Below, piece by piece: positions 1-9,946 of a stretch of 64,000 nt of DNA. Made by a program: the position numbers and the translations under genes. Each line of letters opens with the position of its first letter. The stretch's first letter is position 1. Source of the stretch: SAR324 cluster bacterium (GTDB taxonomy: Bacteria > SAR324 > NAC60-12); the NCBI GenBank assembly GCA_015231825.1, contig JADGAV010000008.1, forward strand, positions 78,515 to 142,514, written 5' to 3'. The notes beneath the pieces are model-generated. The model was not told the origin of the DNA and searched no databases. It was given only the letters and a program-made list of their open reading frames with translations.

Positions 1-481
1 AGCCATATTAGCTTCCAGTAAAAAATCTAAAGAATTGCAGCATAGAATGCAGTTCTTCGAGAAGCTTCGCCAAGCCGCAATTGAAAGCGCAAACGGCGAA
101 GCGGCAAAATTAATTTCAAAAAAATGGGAAGTTCAAAAAAAGTCAGGACCAGGCGGACGTTTATTCGGTTCAGTGACAAATAGTGAAATTGCGTCCCTTC
201 TCCAGGACCAGGGATTTGAGGTGACTCGCCGAAACGTAGTCCCTTATGAACCGATCAAAACAGTCGGAACCCATAAAGTAAGTGTAAAACTGCACACCGA
301 AGTTAAGGTGGATATTGACATCAATGTCATTGCCGATCTGGTCGAACCAGAAGCTACTGCCGGTGGAGAAGGAGAAGTAGCCGAGGATCAGGCACAATCT
401 GCGGAAACCGAAGAATCAGAAGAATCCGTTGATTCCGAAGAAACCGCTGAGGCTGTCCAAGATACAGAAACGGCCTCCTGA
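1..481 (+). CDS. rplI: 50S ribosomal protein L9, 5'-partial (the gene begins upstream of the window); carries a roughly 45-aa acidic C-terminal extension
   Basis: The ORF from 35 to 481 aligns to the L9 linker and C-terminal domain (FEKLRQAA...GGRLFGSV...GTHKVSVKLHTEVKV). The N-terminal domain is missing, and the reading frame is open from the window edge. Confidence 0.85.
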   Translation, partial: AILASSKKSKELQHRMQFFEKLRQAAIESANGEAAKLISKKWEVQKKSGPGGRLFGSVTNSEIASLLQDQGFEVTRRNVVPYEPIKTVGTHKVSVKLHTEVKVDIDINVIADLVEPEATAGGEGEVAEDQAQSAETEESEESVDSEETAEAVQDTETAS

Positions 482-548
482 TTCTGCATCCTCGATGCAT
501 TGGGATGATTCAAAGAATTAGCCTGAATGCTCTTTCTTTTGAGTTCTT

Positions 549-1898
549 ATGGCTTCACAAGACTTTCCCACAGAATTATTGCCTCATGACAAAATTGCTG
601 AACAAGCAATTTTGGGGGCAATTATTATCAAAAATGAAGTCCTTCCTCAAGTCTCAGAAACCCTCTCTTCTTCCGATTTTTTTTCTCCTGCTCACCAAAA
701 GATTTACCAGGCAATCCTCGAACTGTCCGAACGGGGGGGACCCGTCGATGAAGTCACCCTCGGGACCTATTTAAAAGATCGAAGTCTTTTGGATCAAACC
801 GGAGGAGTGAACTATTTAGTCGAACTGGGGCAATCCACTCCGGTGGTCGACAATGTCGTTCATTACGCGCAAATTGTCCGTGAAAAAGGAAGATTGCGTG
901 AGCTGATCACTGCGGCCAATGAAATAGCCAAGCAAGGGAAAGAATCTCCTGAAAATGTGGAAGCCCTGATCCAACAGGCAACAGAAACACTAACCGGAAT
1001 TGAAGCACAGGGAGAGTCGAGAAAGAGTTACGAAGCGCTTGAAGTGATTCTTCATGAATTTCTGGATGAATTAGAACAACGGTCTGCATCTCCTGAAAAT
1101 GTCACGGGAATTCCCACGGGTTACACCGAATTGGATGAAATGACTCATGGTCTCCAAAATGGCGATTTGATTATCATCGCATCACGTCCCTCGATGGGGA
1201 AGACATCTTTAGCAATGAATATCGCTGTTTTTGCAGCTATTCAAGTAAAAATTCCGGTGCTTGTTTTCAGCCTGGAAATGCCCCGTGAGCATCTGGCGAT
1301 GCGATTGTTATGCAGCGAAGGAAGGGTCAACTCCCATAAGCTGCAAACCGGCCGTCTGGACAATGTGGACTGGGATAATCTTTCATTGGCTGCAGCAAAA
1401 ATTATGGATGCCCCAATGTTCATTGACGATCAGGGAGGGATCACTGCGATGCATGTTCGCAATGTCGCCAGACAGGTCCAAACTAAATACGGGGAGGTTG
1501 GGCTCATTCTGATCGATTATCTGCAGTTGATGCAGGGAGCTTCTCGCACATATTCCAGAGAGCAGGAAATTTCAGAAATTTCGCGGACCCTCAAAGCGAT
1601 TGCCAAAGAATTCAACGCTCCGGTAATCGCGCTTTCCCAGTTGAATCGGGATCTCGAGAGAAGAACCGATAAACGTCCGATGATGGCAGATTTGAGAGAA
1701 TCCGGCGCAATCGAACAAGATGCCGATATCATCATGTTTATTTACAGAGATGAAGTTTATAATGAAGAGACCGAGGACCAGGGTATTGCCGAAATTATCA
1801 TCGCAAAGCACCGCAATGGAGAAATCGGAACGAAACGACTGGCGTTTATTGGAAAGTATACTAAATTTGCCAATCTGAGTCTTCGAGAAAATCCCTAA
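549..1898 (+). CDS. dnaB: Replicative DNA helicase DnaB
   Basis: A 449-aa product with a DnaB-type N-terminal domain (AEQAILGAIII...) and a RecA-like core whose Walker A reads SRPSMGKTSLAMNIA. The rplI-dnaB synteny is common. Confidence 0.93.
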   Translation: MASQDFPTELLPHDKIAEQAILGAIIIKNEVLPQVSETLSSSDFFSPAHQKIYQAILELSERGGPVDEVTLGTYLKDRSLLDQTGGVNYLVELGQSTPVVDNVVHYAQIVREKGRLRELITAANEIAKQGKESPENVEALIQQATETLTGIEAQGESRKSYEALEVILHEFLDELEQRSASPENVTGIPTGYTELDEMTHGLQNGDLIIIASRPSMGKTSLAMNIAVFAAIQVKIPVLVFSLEMPREHLAMRLLCSEGRVNSHKLQTGRLDNVDWDNLSLAAAKIMDAPMFIDDQGGITAMHVRNVARQVQTKYGEVGLILIDYLQLMQGASRTYSREQEISEISRTLKAIAKEFNAPVIALSQLNRDLERRTDKRPMMADLRESGAIEQDADIIMFIYRDEVYNEETEDQGIAEIIIAKHRNGEIGTKRLAFIGKYTKFANLSLRENP

Positions 1899-1930
1899 AT
1901 GACCGCAGATTCAATCTGCTGTTCTGGTAT

Positions 1931-2947
1931 ATGGAGAGTTTTATGGCATCTTTATCTTCCCTGGATTTAGGCAGCGAAATGGGAGATCTGCTGGATGATA
2001 ACAAGCTTGCCGAATCCGCTGTCCTGCTGCTTCCTCCTAATATTCCTCTGACCTGTTTTCCCGTTATAATAGAAAAAATATTGAGCACTCTTATGGAACG
2101 GGAGTGGAAGCAGTTGAGCGAACGGGCACAAAACTATCTAAAATGGACTTCCGTCAAAGCCGAGTCGGTTGACGTGCTTGCTCCAAAAGACGTGACTCCG
2201 CCGACCAAAGGATTTGAAATGCTATCCATCGATCGGGACGGGCGAAGTTTCGGCGGTATGATGGAGCAATGCAAAGAATTGGGAATTCCTTCAATATTGA
2301 TCCGCTTTTCTTCTTTGATTGCGGCCTTGATCACATTACGACTGCTGAAACGGCAAACCGATATCTCCCATAGCAATTTAGCCACACTCAGGTTCACACA
2401 AAATGTGGATTCGGACTATCTGAACTACCCGATGGCGTTAAAATTGCTACTCGAACTGTTCCCGGAATGCAAAAACATGTTTTATTTTGAAGTGAACGAA
2501 CATGTGACCAAAGATTACTTGCCAACCATCAGAACTCTTGCTGAAGATCTGGGAATCGGATTTGTATTGGATGATTCCAATAAAATGGACCCGGAAGTCC
2601 ATTGGAAGCTTCTGGATTTGACCAATTGGATCAAGATTGATTTCCACGCAACCCTTCTCCTTGAACGTTATCTTGCAGCAAACAAAGGAGAGGAAATAAT
2701 TGCACATTTCGAAAAATATGCGAGCGGTTCGGGTTCCCGGGTGATTGTATTGGAAGGATTGGGGGACGAGTCCCCCCTGAAAACCTTTCTTCAGGAAAAC
2801 TGGAAATATGACCAGACATCCCTCTATTATCAAAGCCGTGAACGTTTACCGGTGGCTCCATGGGATCGGTATTTCGGCTTGATTCAGGATTATCGGCCTA
2901 ATGATTTCGGCCTGTTTTTTAAAGGTTTGATTACAAAATCCAAATGA
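1931..2947 (+). CDS. Degenerate EAL-domain-like protein, probably not catalytic
   Basis: A 338-aa product. Its C-terminal half follows the EAL layout (YFEVNEH... FVLDDSNKMDPEVHWKLLDLTNWIKIDFHAT, compared with the canonical EITE... DDFGTGYSS... LKID), but the catalytic DDFGTG and EAL motifs are substituted. This call rests on pattern recognition only. Confidence 0.45.
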   Translation: MESFMASLSSLDLGSEMGDLLDDNKLAESAVLLLPPNIPLTCFPVIIEKILSTLMEREWKQLSERAQNYLKWTSVKAESVDVLAPKDVTPPTKGFEMLSIDRDGRSFGGMMEQCKELGIPSILIRFSSLIAALITLRLLKRQTDISHSNLATLRFTQNVDSDYLNYPMALKLLLELFPECKNMFYFEVNEHVTKDYLPTIRTLAEDLGIGFVLDDSNKMDPEVHWKLLDLTNWIKIDFHATLLLERYLAANKGEEIIAHFEKYASGSGSRVIVLEGLGDESPLKTFLQENWKYDQTSLYYQSRERLPVAPWDRYFGLIQDYRPNDFGLFFKGLITKSK

Positions 2948-3714
2948 ACAAAGAATTAGTCCGTTTAAAAAAACTGAGCCTTCAGGCAGATGAACTGAAT
3001 TCTTCAGGAAAGATTGAAGCCGCCAGGATCAAGATCATCGATGGTCTTGAACTCGCGATAGAAATTGATGCACAGAATTTTTTCTATTTTTTTCATGGAG
3101 AACTGAACTATTTGGATGAGCATCTTGTCGCCGCAACAGAGCATTATCGCAAAGCCTACGAACTGGCTCCTCAAAACTTGCTTATGCTGAGAGGATTGGG
3201 GGTAGCCTACAGCAAGCGGAATTCATTTCAAAAAGCACAGGCAATTTTTGATCGTGCTGTGAAATTGCACCCGCATGACCATCGGATCTGGCGCCAAAGA
3301 GGGGTAACGTACTCAAAAATGAAGGAATATGAGAATGCCTTAAAGTGTTTTGAGCGTGCATTGGATCTTGAACCGCAGGATTATCATTCTTATCGCCAAA
3401 GGGGAGTGACTTTCAGCAAGGCGGGGAAACCTGAAGAAGCTCTGATCATGTTTGCCAAAGCATTGTTTTTAAATGGCAATGATTTTCGTTCTTTGGATGA
3501 AAAGAGCAAAGTGCTCCGACAGTTTGGAGAAGAAGCCGAGGCAGCCAGGACCAGGAGTCTCTCAATAGAAATCGAGCAGGAGGTGACCCGAGTGCCTCCC
3601 CGCGAATCATTACTGGCACGCATCAAAATGAATCGGATCCGAAAAAACCAGCAAAGGATTCTCACAGAATTTCATACAGCAATTGTTGAAGAAAACAGAC
3701 CTTCTTTCAAGTAA
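2944..3714 (+). CDS. TPR-repeat protein
   Basis: The sequence contains repeated 34-residue TPR-like units (AYELAPQN..GLGVAYSKRNSFQKAQAIFDRAVKLHP; ALKCFERALDLEPQD...). Its start overlaps the stop of the preceding gene by 4 nt. Confidence 0.8.
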   Translation: MNKELVRLKKLSLQADELNSSGKIEAARIKIIDGLELAIEIDAQNFFYFFHGELNYLDEHLVAATEHYRKAYELAPQNLLMLRGLGVAYSKRNSFQKAQAIFDRAVKLHPHDHRIWRQRGVTYSKMKEYENALKCFERALDLEPQDYHSYRQRGVTFSKAGKPEEALIMFAKALFLNGNDFRSLDEKSKVLRQFGEEAEAARTRSLSIEIEQEVTRVPPRESLLARIKMNRIRKNQQRILTEFHTAIVEENRPSFK

Positions 3715-5002
3715 TTTGAAAGTTTTCAGCCGCCATATCCTTTTGAATATCTCTTAGTAAAGAATCCGCTTTTCCTGATTCATGTGCCGTCAGCAACGCG
3801 TCCTGTGCTTTTTCGAAGACGTTTCTGAGCCAATCTCTTGGCGGTTTTCTTCCCAGCAATGTGGTAGCAATTTTATAGTAATAATGGATTAAGCTCCCAT
3901 ATTCCAAAAGGATCGTAAAATCAGTTGAAGATTTGGTAGAGGGGCCTATTTTTCCAACGGCGGTACTATAATAACTGTATGCGTTTTTAAAATTTTCCTG
4001 AACCTTTTTAGCAAGTTCCGGTTTTTGCTCCCCCTGGTAATGACTGACCGAGAGGTTCAAGGCGGTCATTGAAACACGTGCCTGAAAAAAATAGGGAAGC
4101 GGCTTATCAGGTTCAAGTTTGGTGATGAGCTCCAACATTTGATGGGCCGCAGGATAAAGCAGCGGAGTATAACGAATCATAAAAGCAATTTCTCGACCTT
4201 TTTTCATGATGTTTTTCATGTCTTCGGCCCTTTGCGCTTCTTCGACCATTCCCTCGTCCACCACATAATTTTGAATTTCATCCAAACTCAAAATCGATTC
4301 CTTATCGATCTGTGTTCCCGGATTTTCCCGTTTTCCCTGCAGTCCACGAAGGGTTTGTTTTTGAAAGGCTTTGACAATCGTCAAAGTCACCTGCAGTTCT
4401 CGCATGTGCTCCCCAATTTGCTGCAGCTGACTTTGTATATTTTCGTTTTTGCTATCAACATCTTTGAGTTTGCCTTCGATCCAGTTATATTCATCCTGGC
4501 ACTTTTCTCCCAATTTAGCAAAAAAACGTTCCTGTGAAGAAATCGCAATTTGAAGGGCCGGAGCGCTGATAGCGCCCAGACTGCATGCGACGTTCGCTTG
4601 TATGAAGAAGGTACGATGATTTTGATAAGACAAATTGCGACCGCTTTTTTTAGCAAGCGTGATCAATTCGAGTCGTGTTCGCATATCTGCCGGACGTGCC
4701 CGTAGCCGATTGAGAACTTTTTTTGCCACTTTGGTTGGATGAATCTTGTAAAGGGATTCTCCCGAAACATCAGTGGAAGAAATGGACTTACGGATGATTT
4801 GCTGAAAAAAATTTTGCTGCTTGAAGGTAAGCACCTCCTTTTTTATTTCTTCCACTTCTTTTTCGCATTCATCCATCACTTCAGTGAAATTCAACCGTTC
4901 TTCAGTCCGATGATCGTTACTTCCCCCTCCAGATGACTTTTGAGGCGTGTCAGCTTGTGCATTTTTTTTACTTTTATTAAACATCTGATCCTCGAAGCAC
5001 AC
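3707..5002 (-). CDS. Hypothetical protein, charged with predicted coiled-coil regions; the start is uncertain (an alternative start is MFNKSKKN)
   Basis: A long ORF of 431 aa with coding-like composition. I recognise no family motif in it. Confidence 0.55.
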   Translation of the reverse strand: MCFEDQMFNKSKKNAQADTPQKSSGGGSNDHRTEERLNFTEVMDECEKEVEEIKKEVLTFKQQNFFQQIIRKSISSTDVSGESLYKIHPTKVAKKVLNRLRARPADMRTRLELITLAKKSGRNLSYQNHRTFFIQANVACSLGAISAPALQIAISSQERFFAKLGEKCQDEYNWIEGKLKDVDSKNENIQSQLQQIGEHMRELQVTLTIVKAFQKQTLRGLQGKRENPGTQIDKESILSLDEIQNYVVDEGMVEEAQRAEDMKNIMKKGREIAFMIRYTPLLYPAAHQMLELITKLEPDKPLPYFFQARVSMTALNLSVSHYQGEQKPELAKKVQENFKNAYSYYSTAVGKIGPSTKSSTDFTILLEYGSLIHYYYKIATTLLGRKPPRDWLRNVFEKAQDALLTAHESGKADSLLRDIQKDMAAENFQIT

Positions 5003-5198
5003 ATGAGACAGCGAAAAATACCATCATTTTATTAAAATCATCATCTACTAATGAAAGAACCGTACCCAACACTCATCACAAAGAAAATATGTTGTTGAAA
5101 CAAGTCAGAATCCAGTTGATTTGTGACCAGAAATCGCTTTCAGAAACCAATGGCTGATGCTCCATCAATTGCATTTTGAAGAAGGTCCTGAGTGAAAT

Positions 5199-6269
5199 TT
5201 ACTGTTTCCAGGTGAATGCCTTGTTTGCCAAATAATTCCAACTGATCCCCACCCATATACCGAACGCGCTGGCCAGAATCCATGAAACTTCCTGACTGAC
5301 CAGGTACCAGCCGATTGCAAGATTGTAGAAACTTCCCAAAGAACATGCTGCGTTGTAACGCAAAAATCCAGTCCACCACTCCGTTTTTAAAAAACGCTGC
5401 TTGGCAAATGTCCACTGATTGTTCCAGATATAATTAGAAATCAATGCAATTTCAATGGCGATCATCAGCGATAAGGGATAGAACCACTGCCATTGGATGT
5501 AGAGTAAATATAGGACTAAAAAGTGAACGGCAACGCCAGAGACGCCAATAATGCTGTAGTGGATAAATTGAAGACTGAAGCGGGCAAGGAAAGTTTGCGA
5601 GATGAGCAAATCAATAAAATCGAAAATCACTTTTGTGCTTAACTTGCTGGCACCGTGAAGCCGAACTCCAAATTCAAAGGGGATTTCCTTAATTTTAAGA
5701 TCTGGAGACTTTAACAGAATATCCAGAAGAATTTTGAATCCTTCAGTATACAATTTTGGTGCAATTTTGTGAATTAGAGAATGCTTCAGCATAAAGAAAC
5801 CGCTCAAGGGATCCGTGACTTTCTGCTTTAAAAACCGGGAAGCGAGTTCCGTTCCCAAGCGGCTGGTCCATTGCCGCCACCGATTCCATCCCGGAACAGA
5901 TTTTTGCTGCAGGTAACGTGAGCCAATGACCAGATCATACTCTGACATTTCCTTTATCATTTCTGGAATCAGCCGCATGTCATGCTGCATATCGGCATCC
6001 ATTACGACTAAATACTTTCCTGAACCCAGCAGAAATCCCTCGATGATGGCCGAAGTCAGTCCTTTGCGGTGAATCCGACGAATCAAATGGATATTTTGAT
6101 GTTGTTCTGAAAGGGATTTTGCCAATTGCCACGTTCCATCTTCTGAATTATCGTCCACAACAATAATTTCAAAAGAATAATCTTCCAACAAGACTAGCAG
6201 TTTTTCCACGATGATGGAGAGATTGGTGCATTCGTTATAGGTTGGAAGAATTACAGATAATTCAATCAT
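5199..6269 (-). CDS. Family 2 glycosyltransferase fused to a C-terminal GtrA-like membrane domain (polyprenol-phosphate sugar synthase-like)
   Basis: The N-terminal GT-A signature reads LSVILPTYNE...IIVVDDNSEDGT...MDADMQHD. The C-terminal 120 aa carry GtrA-like transmembrane helices (YSIIGVSGVAVHFLVLYLL). Confidence 0.85.
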   Translation of the reverse strand: MIELSVILPTYNECTNLSIIVEKLLVLLEDYSFEIIVVDDNSEDGTWQLAKSLSEQHQNIHLIRRIHRKGLTSAIIEGFLLGSGKYLVVMDADMQHDMRLIPEMIKEMSEYDLVIGSRYLQQKSVPGWNRWRQWTSRLGTELASRFLKQKVTDPLSGFFMLKHSLIHKIAPKLYTEGFKILLDILLKSPDLKIKEIPFEFGVRLHGASKLSTKVIFDFIDLLISQTFLARFSLQFIHYSIIGVSGVAVHFLVLYLLYIQWQWFYPLSLMIAIEIALISNYIWNNQWTFAKQRFLKTEWWTGFLRYNAACSLGSFYNLAIGWYLVSQEVSWILASAFGIWVGISWNYLANKAFTWKQ

Positions 6270-6512
6270 TCAATTTTGATTTGGTAAAAGGTGCGGGGAA
6301 TTCATTTGTGTCCAAAATTTCTTACCTCGATCAAATTTAGAATGTCAAGAAAGAGTGAGGCAACAAGAGTATCATTTTTTTTGAAGTCTCAGATCAAACA
6401 ACAGAAAAAAAAATCTGCCGGAAAATATTTTTTGAAATTGATTCGTCTGAGGACAAGGAAGGATCATTTCTATTCGGGAGAACCGTCTTCGGAAAATTTT
6501 CTTTTTTGAAGA

Positions 6513-6899
6513 CTATTCTTCACTGTTTTCGGTATCCACTGCAACTTCAGTTTGAATTATATCTTGCTGTTCCTCTGAGATATTGACGAACTGAAGCCCA
6601 ATTTCCCAAGATTCGTATCCTGCACTCGTAATTGGCTTTCTCCAGATCACCTGTGCCTTGATCTGCAGCGGTTCCTGGGCAATAAAGTCCAAAACATTGT
6701 TCCGCTGGAAATAAATCTCAAGTTTTACAATAGAATCCAGAGCTAAATCGATTCCAAGCTCGATTTGAATGCCATAGAGGGAAATATCCCTTGAATGTCC
6801 AGCCAAATGCGGACTATCGTCACGAACATATATCTGGATTGGAGTGTCCAGGCGCCAGCGTTGAGTTTCTCCTATTTCTATGAATCGCTCTGTTTCCAT
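6513..6899 (-). CDS. PilZ-domain protein, a putative c-di-GMP receptor
   Basis: A 128-aa product with a DxSxxG-like motif (SRDISLYGIQIE) and a QRWR motif near the N-terminus. It lies directly downstream of the HD-GYP gene on the same strand. Confidence 0.6.
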   Translation of the reverse strand: METERFIEIGETQRWRLDTPIQIYVRDDSPHLAGHSRDISLYGIQIELGIDLALDSIVKLEIYFQRNNVLDFIAQEPLQIKAQVIWRKPITSAGYESWEIGLQFVNISEEQQDIIQTEVAVDTENSEE

Positions 6900-6931
6900 T
6901 CAATTCAGTTTCTCTTCATGTACATATTCTT

Positions 6932-8935
6932 TTATTCCGGACGGGCAACCAGCATATACAGTTTCGCTTCAATAAATAAATTGAGCAGTTCCTTGTCAAT
7001 GTGTTGATCTTTGGCCTCATATTCCAAAATATTTAACGCCCGTTCCGCGGGAATCGACTTCTTATAGGGACGATCCCATGCCGTTAATGCGTCATAGATA
7101 TCAGCGATTGTCATCATTTTGGACTGAAGAGGGATTTCATCTCCTTTTAATTTTAGCGGATAACCCGTCCCATCAATTTTTTCATGGTGAGCATAAGCGA
7201 TTTTTGCCACATCCTTTAAATTTTTTATCCAGGGAATAACACTTAGAAATTTATAGGTATGAATCACGTGAGATTCAATTTCCAGGCGGTCTTGCTCATT
7301 GAGCGATCCTTTCGGTACCGACAACGATGACACCTCATGGGGCCTGAGGAAAGGGATTTTTTCTTCATGGAGATCGATTGCCAGCAGGTCTCCAAATTCA
7401 TGCAGTTTTTCAAATCCGCCTTGCGCCAGAACAGTCGGTTCATTGCAGCGGATTATAAATTTGATGTAATCGTCTATTTCCGCCAGTCGATCAGCAAGTT
7501 CCCTGCTGCTATCTTCTAAATAGGACAATGCTTCTTCCCGGGATTTTTCCTGAAAATATTCCAACTGTCTTGCAGAGGTATCTGCTTCTATTGTTTTTCT
7601 GATGAGTTTAAACCGGTCTGCGACGGCCTGCTGCTCGTGAGGGTAAAGTTTTTTGGATTTGACCAACACCTCTTCCCTCACTCCGATTTTCCCAAAGTCA
7701 TGGAGGAGTGAAGCATAGCGCATTTCCTGAATCTGATCGGTCGTAAATGAGGTTCCGGCAAAAACCCCGGCCTGCCGGGAATTGATCGCTTCTGCCAATC
7801 CGACGGTCAGGGCGGCAACACGACTGGAATGCCCTGATGTTGTGGGGTCTCTGGATTCAATTGCTTTGACGCTGGCATTGACCAAACCATCAAAAAGTAT
7901 CTGAATCGAGTCCACCAAACGTTTATTTTGAATGGCAACTGCTGCCTGAGAAGCAATTGACTGGATTGCCTTTGCGTGCTGGGCAGTAAAAGAAGTCACT
8001 TCTTCCAGAATTGATTCAGGTTCTTTCAATTTTTCATGCGCATTTTTTTTACAGTTGATCAATTGTACCACACCTATGATCGTGCCATTGTTGTCAAACA
8101 TGGGGACCGTCAACATGGATTTGGTACGATAGCGGATTCCAATATCGAATTCGCGCCCCCCCCAACTGTAGTCCAGATCTTGGTCAATGAAGTAGGCATC
8201 GTCAATCAGGAGTGCCTGACCCGTAAGGGCAACATAGCCATAGATTGATTTTTTGCTGATCTCAACAACAAATGATTGAAACGGAATATGGCGGGAATCA
8301 TTTTTTGAAATTTCAAAGCGAAGACGCTTATTTTTAAAATAGTCACTCGGATCTTCCGGTATTCCGCGAACTTCCTCGATCAAATAAAGGCTTCCTCCGT
8401 CCGCATGGGTCAACTCCATCGAGTTGACAATAATAAGCTCCAAAAGACTTTCCTGGCTTTTTTCAGCGGATAAAGCAATACCGATCTCATGAAGCTGCTC
8501 AACTTCAGATTTATGATACTCCACTTCTTCTTCCAGGCCCCTGACATAACCTGTCTGCTCAAATATCTTAATGGACTCAAGCAGCACAAAATTCCAACGT
8601 TTTTGAGTTATCCCCGGGTCAATCCAGGCAAGGACACGGTGTTCCCCTTCCAATTCAAGGGCAGAACTTTCTTCTTCCAAAAGTATAATTCCGAAATTTA
8701 AATATTGATCGTCCGCTTGCTTTTCGATCCATTCCTTATATTCTGACTCCCGCAATACGATGATCAGGGGATGGTAGTTTTCGCTGGCATGAATTTCCAG
8801 AGGAGAAGCAAACGTCCGGATCATCAGTTGCGGCTGCTCTTCATTTATAACCGAGCTTGCTTTTAAACGTTCAAGTGAATGTGGAAGCGCCAAACATAAC
8901 TGATCCATAATATCTTCTGATCTCAATAGTGTCAA
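6932..8935 (-). CDS. GAF-domain HD-GYP phosphodiesterase (c-di-GMP hydrolase family)
   Basis: The HD motif reads LLHDFGKIG and the GYP motif reads HHEKIDGTGYPLKLKGDEIP. A GAF-like region lies upstream. The product is 667 aa. Confidence 0.85.
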   Translation of the reverse strand: MTLLRSEDIMDQLCLALPHSLERLKASSVINEEQPQLMIRTFASPLEIHASENYHPLIIVLRESEYKEWIEKQADDQYLNFGIILLEEESSALELEGEHRVLAWIDPGITQKRWNFVLLESIKIFEQTGYVRGLEEEVEYHKSEVEQLHEIGIALSAEKSQESLLELIIVNSMELTHADGGSLYLIEEVRGIPEDPSDYFKNKRLRFEISKNDSRHIPFQSFVVEISKKSIYGYVALTGQALLIDDAYFIDQDLDYSWGGREFDIGIRYRTKSMLTVPMFDNNGTIIGVVQLINCKKNAHEKLKEPESILEEVTSFTAQHAKAIQSIASQAAVAIQNKRLVDSIQILFDGLVNASVKAIESRDPTTSGHSSRVAALTVGLAEAINSRQAGVFAGTSFTTDQIQEMRYASLLHDFGKIGVREEVLVKSKKLYPHEQQAVADRFKLIRKTIEADTSARQLEYFQEKSREEALSYLEDSSRELADRLAEIDDYIKFIIRCNEPTVLAQGGFEKLHEFGDLLAIDLHEEKIPFLRPHEVSSLSVPKGSLNEQDRLEIESHVIHTYKFLSVIPWIKNLKDVAKIAYAHHEKIDGTGYPLKLKGDEIPLQSKMMTIADIYDALTAWDRPYKKSIPAERALNILEYEAKDQHIDKELLNLFIEAKLYMLVARPE

Positions 8936-9273
8936 AAAGGTAGATTTGAGACTGTTCCTGAAACAAAAGATGTTTCATGAACATGCCAATTGTTCAAGTT
9001 AATAGTATTGAAAACACACAGTTTCAGAGGACTTCCAGGTTCTTCTTCCGGGTTTATATTCAATTCCAACAATGAAAAATAAAGGGCAGAATACTAATTT
9101 TCCTGAGATGCATTTCTACAGGGTAGAACAATTAAAAAAACTTTATCCGGAATCGACAACGAGGCAATTTGGAGGTCTCTGATCTACCATTTTTCTCTGT
9201 CCCCGTTTTACAGAACTGGAACAAATAAAGTCCTTAAGAAGTTTTTGGTGAATATTGGTCTTTTCAATCTCTG

Positions 9274-9777
9274 CTATTTCCTTCGTCTCCTTTTTTTTAG
9301 CAGCAACAGCCTGCGCTGAAGATCCAAACGCTCCATGTATTCATCATAACGTTCTTTATCCGTTTTCTCTTGCTCAGTAAGCTGTTTGGATTGTTTGTTC
9401 CGGGTATTCTGATTCTTGCCGGCTACTCTTCTTTGTGATGCAGAAAACGCCCCAACCGATTCTTGGAAACCTTTCAATTGTGCAGACTCTTCTTTGGACC
9501 GCCGTCTCTGCAGGCGTTGGTTGACCATTTTGACTTCTTCCATGTATCCGCTGAATATTGGTTCACGTTCTTCATAAGGCTGGATCCAGCTGCCGGAATA
9601 TCTTTTGTTTTGTTCAGCCCGATCCTTCTTCTCTTCGTCTTCCATCGTCCATTGCCGATATTCGACCTGGGAGCGAGGGTCATCATACGGATTGGTATAA
9701 TAGTCCGGAATTTGACGGCACCCAGACACTGTAATTAAAATGAGGAAGAACAGCGTCATCATTCTCAATGCTCGCAT
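9274..9777 (-). CDS. Highly charged putative lipoprotein
   Basis: A signal peptide plus lipobox (MRALRMMTLFFLILITVSGC) is followed by a K/R/E-rich mature region of 167 aa. Confidence 0.6.
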   Translation of the reverse strand: MRALRMMTLFFLILITVSGCRQIPDYYTNPYDDPRSQVEYRQWTMEDEEKKDRAEQNKRYSGSWIQPYEEREPIFSGYMEEVKMVNQRLQRRRSKEESAQLKGFQESVGAFSASQRRVAGKNQNTRNKQSKQLTEQEKTDKERYDEYMERLDLQRRLLLLKKRRRRK

Positions 9778-9946
9778 AGGATTTCCACTGATAGATTGGA
9801 AAGAACCAGAAAAATTTGCACAAAAGAAACTTTAACATTTAGCCTCAACTATGAAATCGGCAATTCTTTGAGAAACTTGAGCTTATTTTTTTAAAAATAA
9901 TACGGAATTTTATGAAGGAGGGGATTCTTCTGGAATGTAATGCTGG

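Noticed and set aside
505-774. An 89-aa ORF overlapping the 5' end of dnaB in another frame.
   Set aside because: It lies entirely within the dnaB promoter and start region, its product is a low-complexity hydrophobic peptide, and the dnaB frame is strongly supported.
6291-6509. A 72-aa ORF in the intergenic region between the PilZ gene and the GT2-GtrA gene.
   Set aside because: It is lysine-rich and low-complexity, with poly-A-derived KKK runs. It has no RBS or recognisable fold and is most likely a non-coding promoter or terminator spacer.
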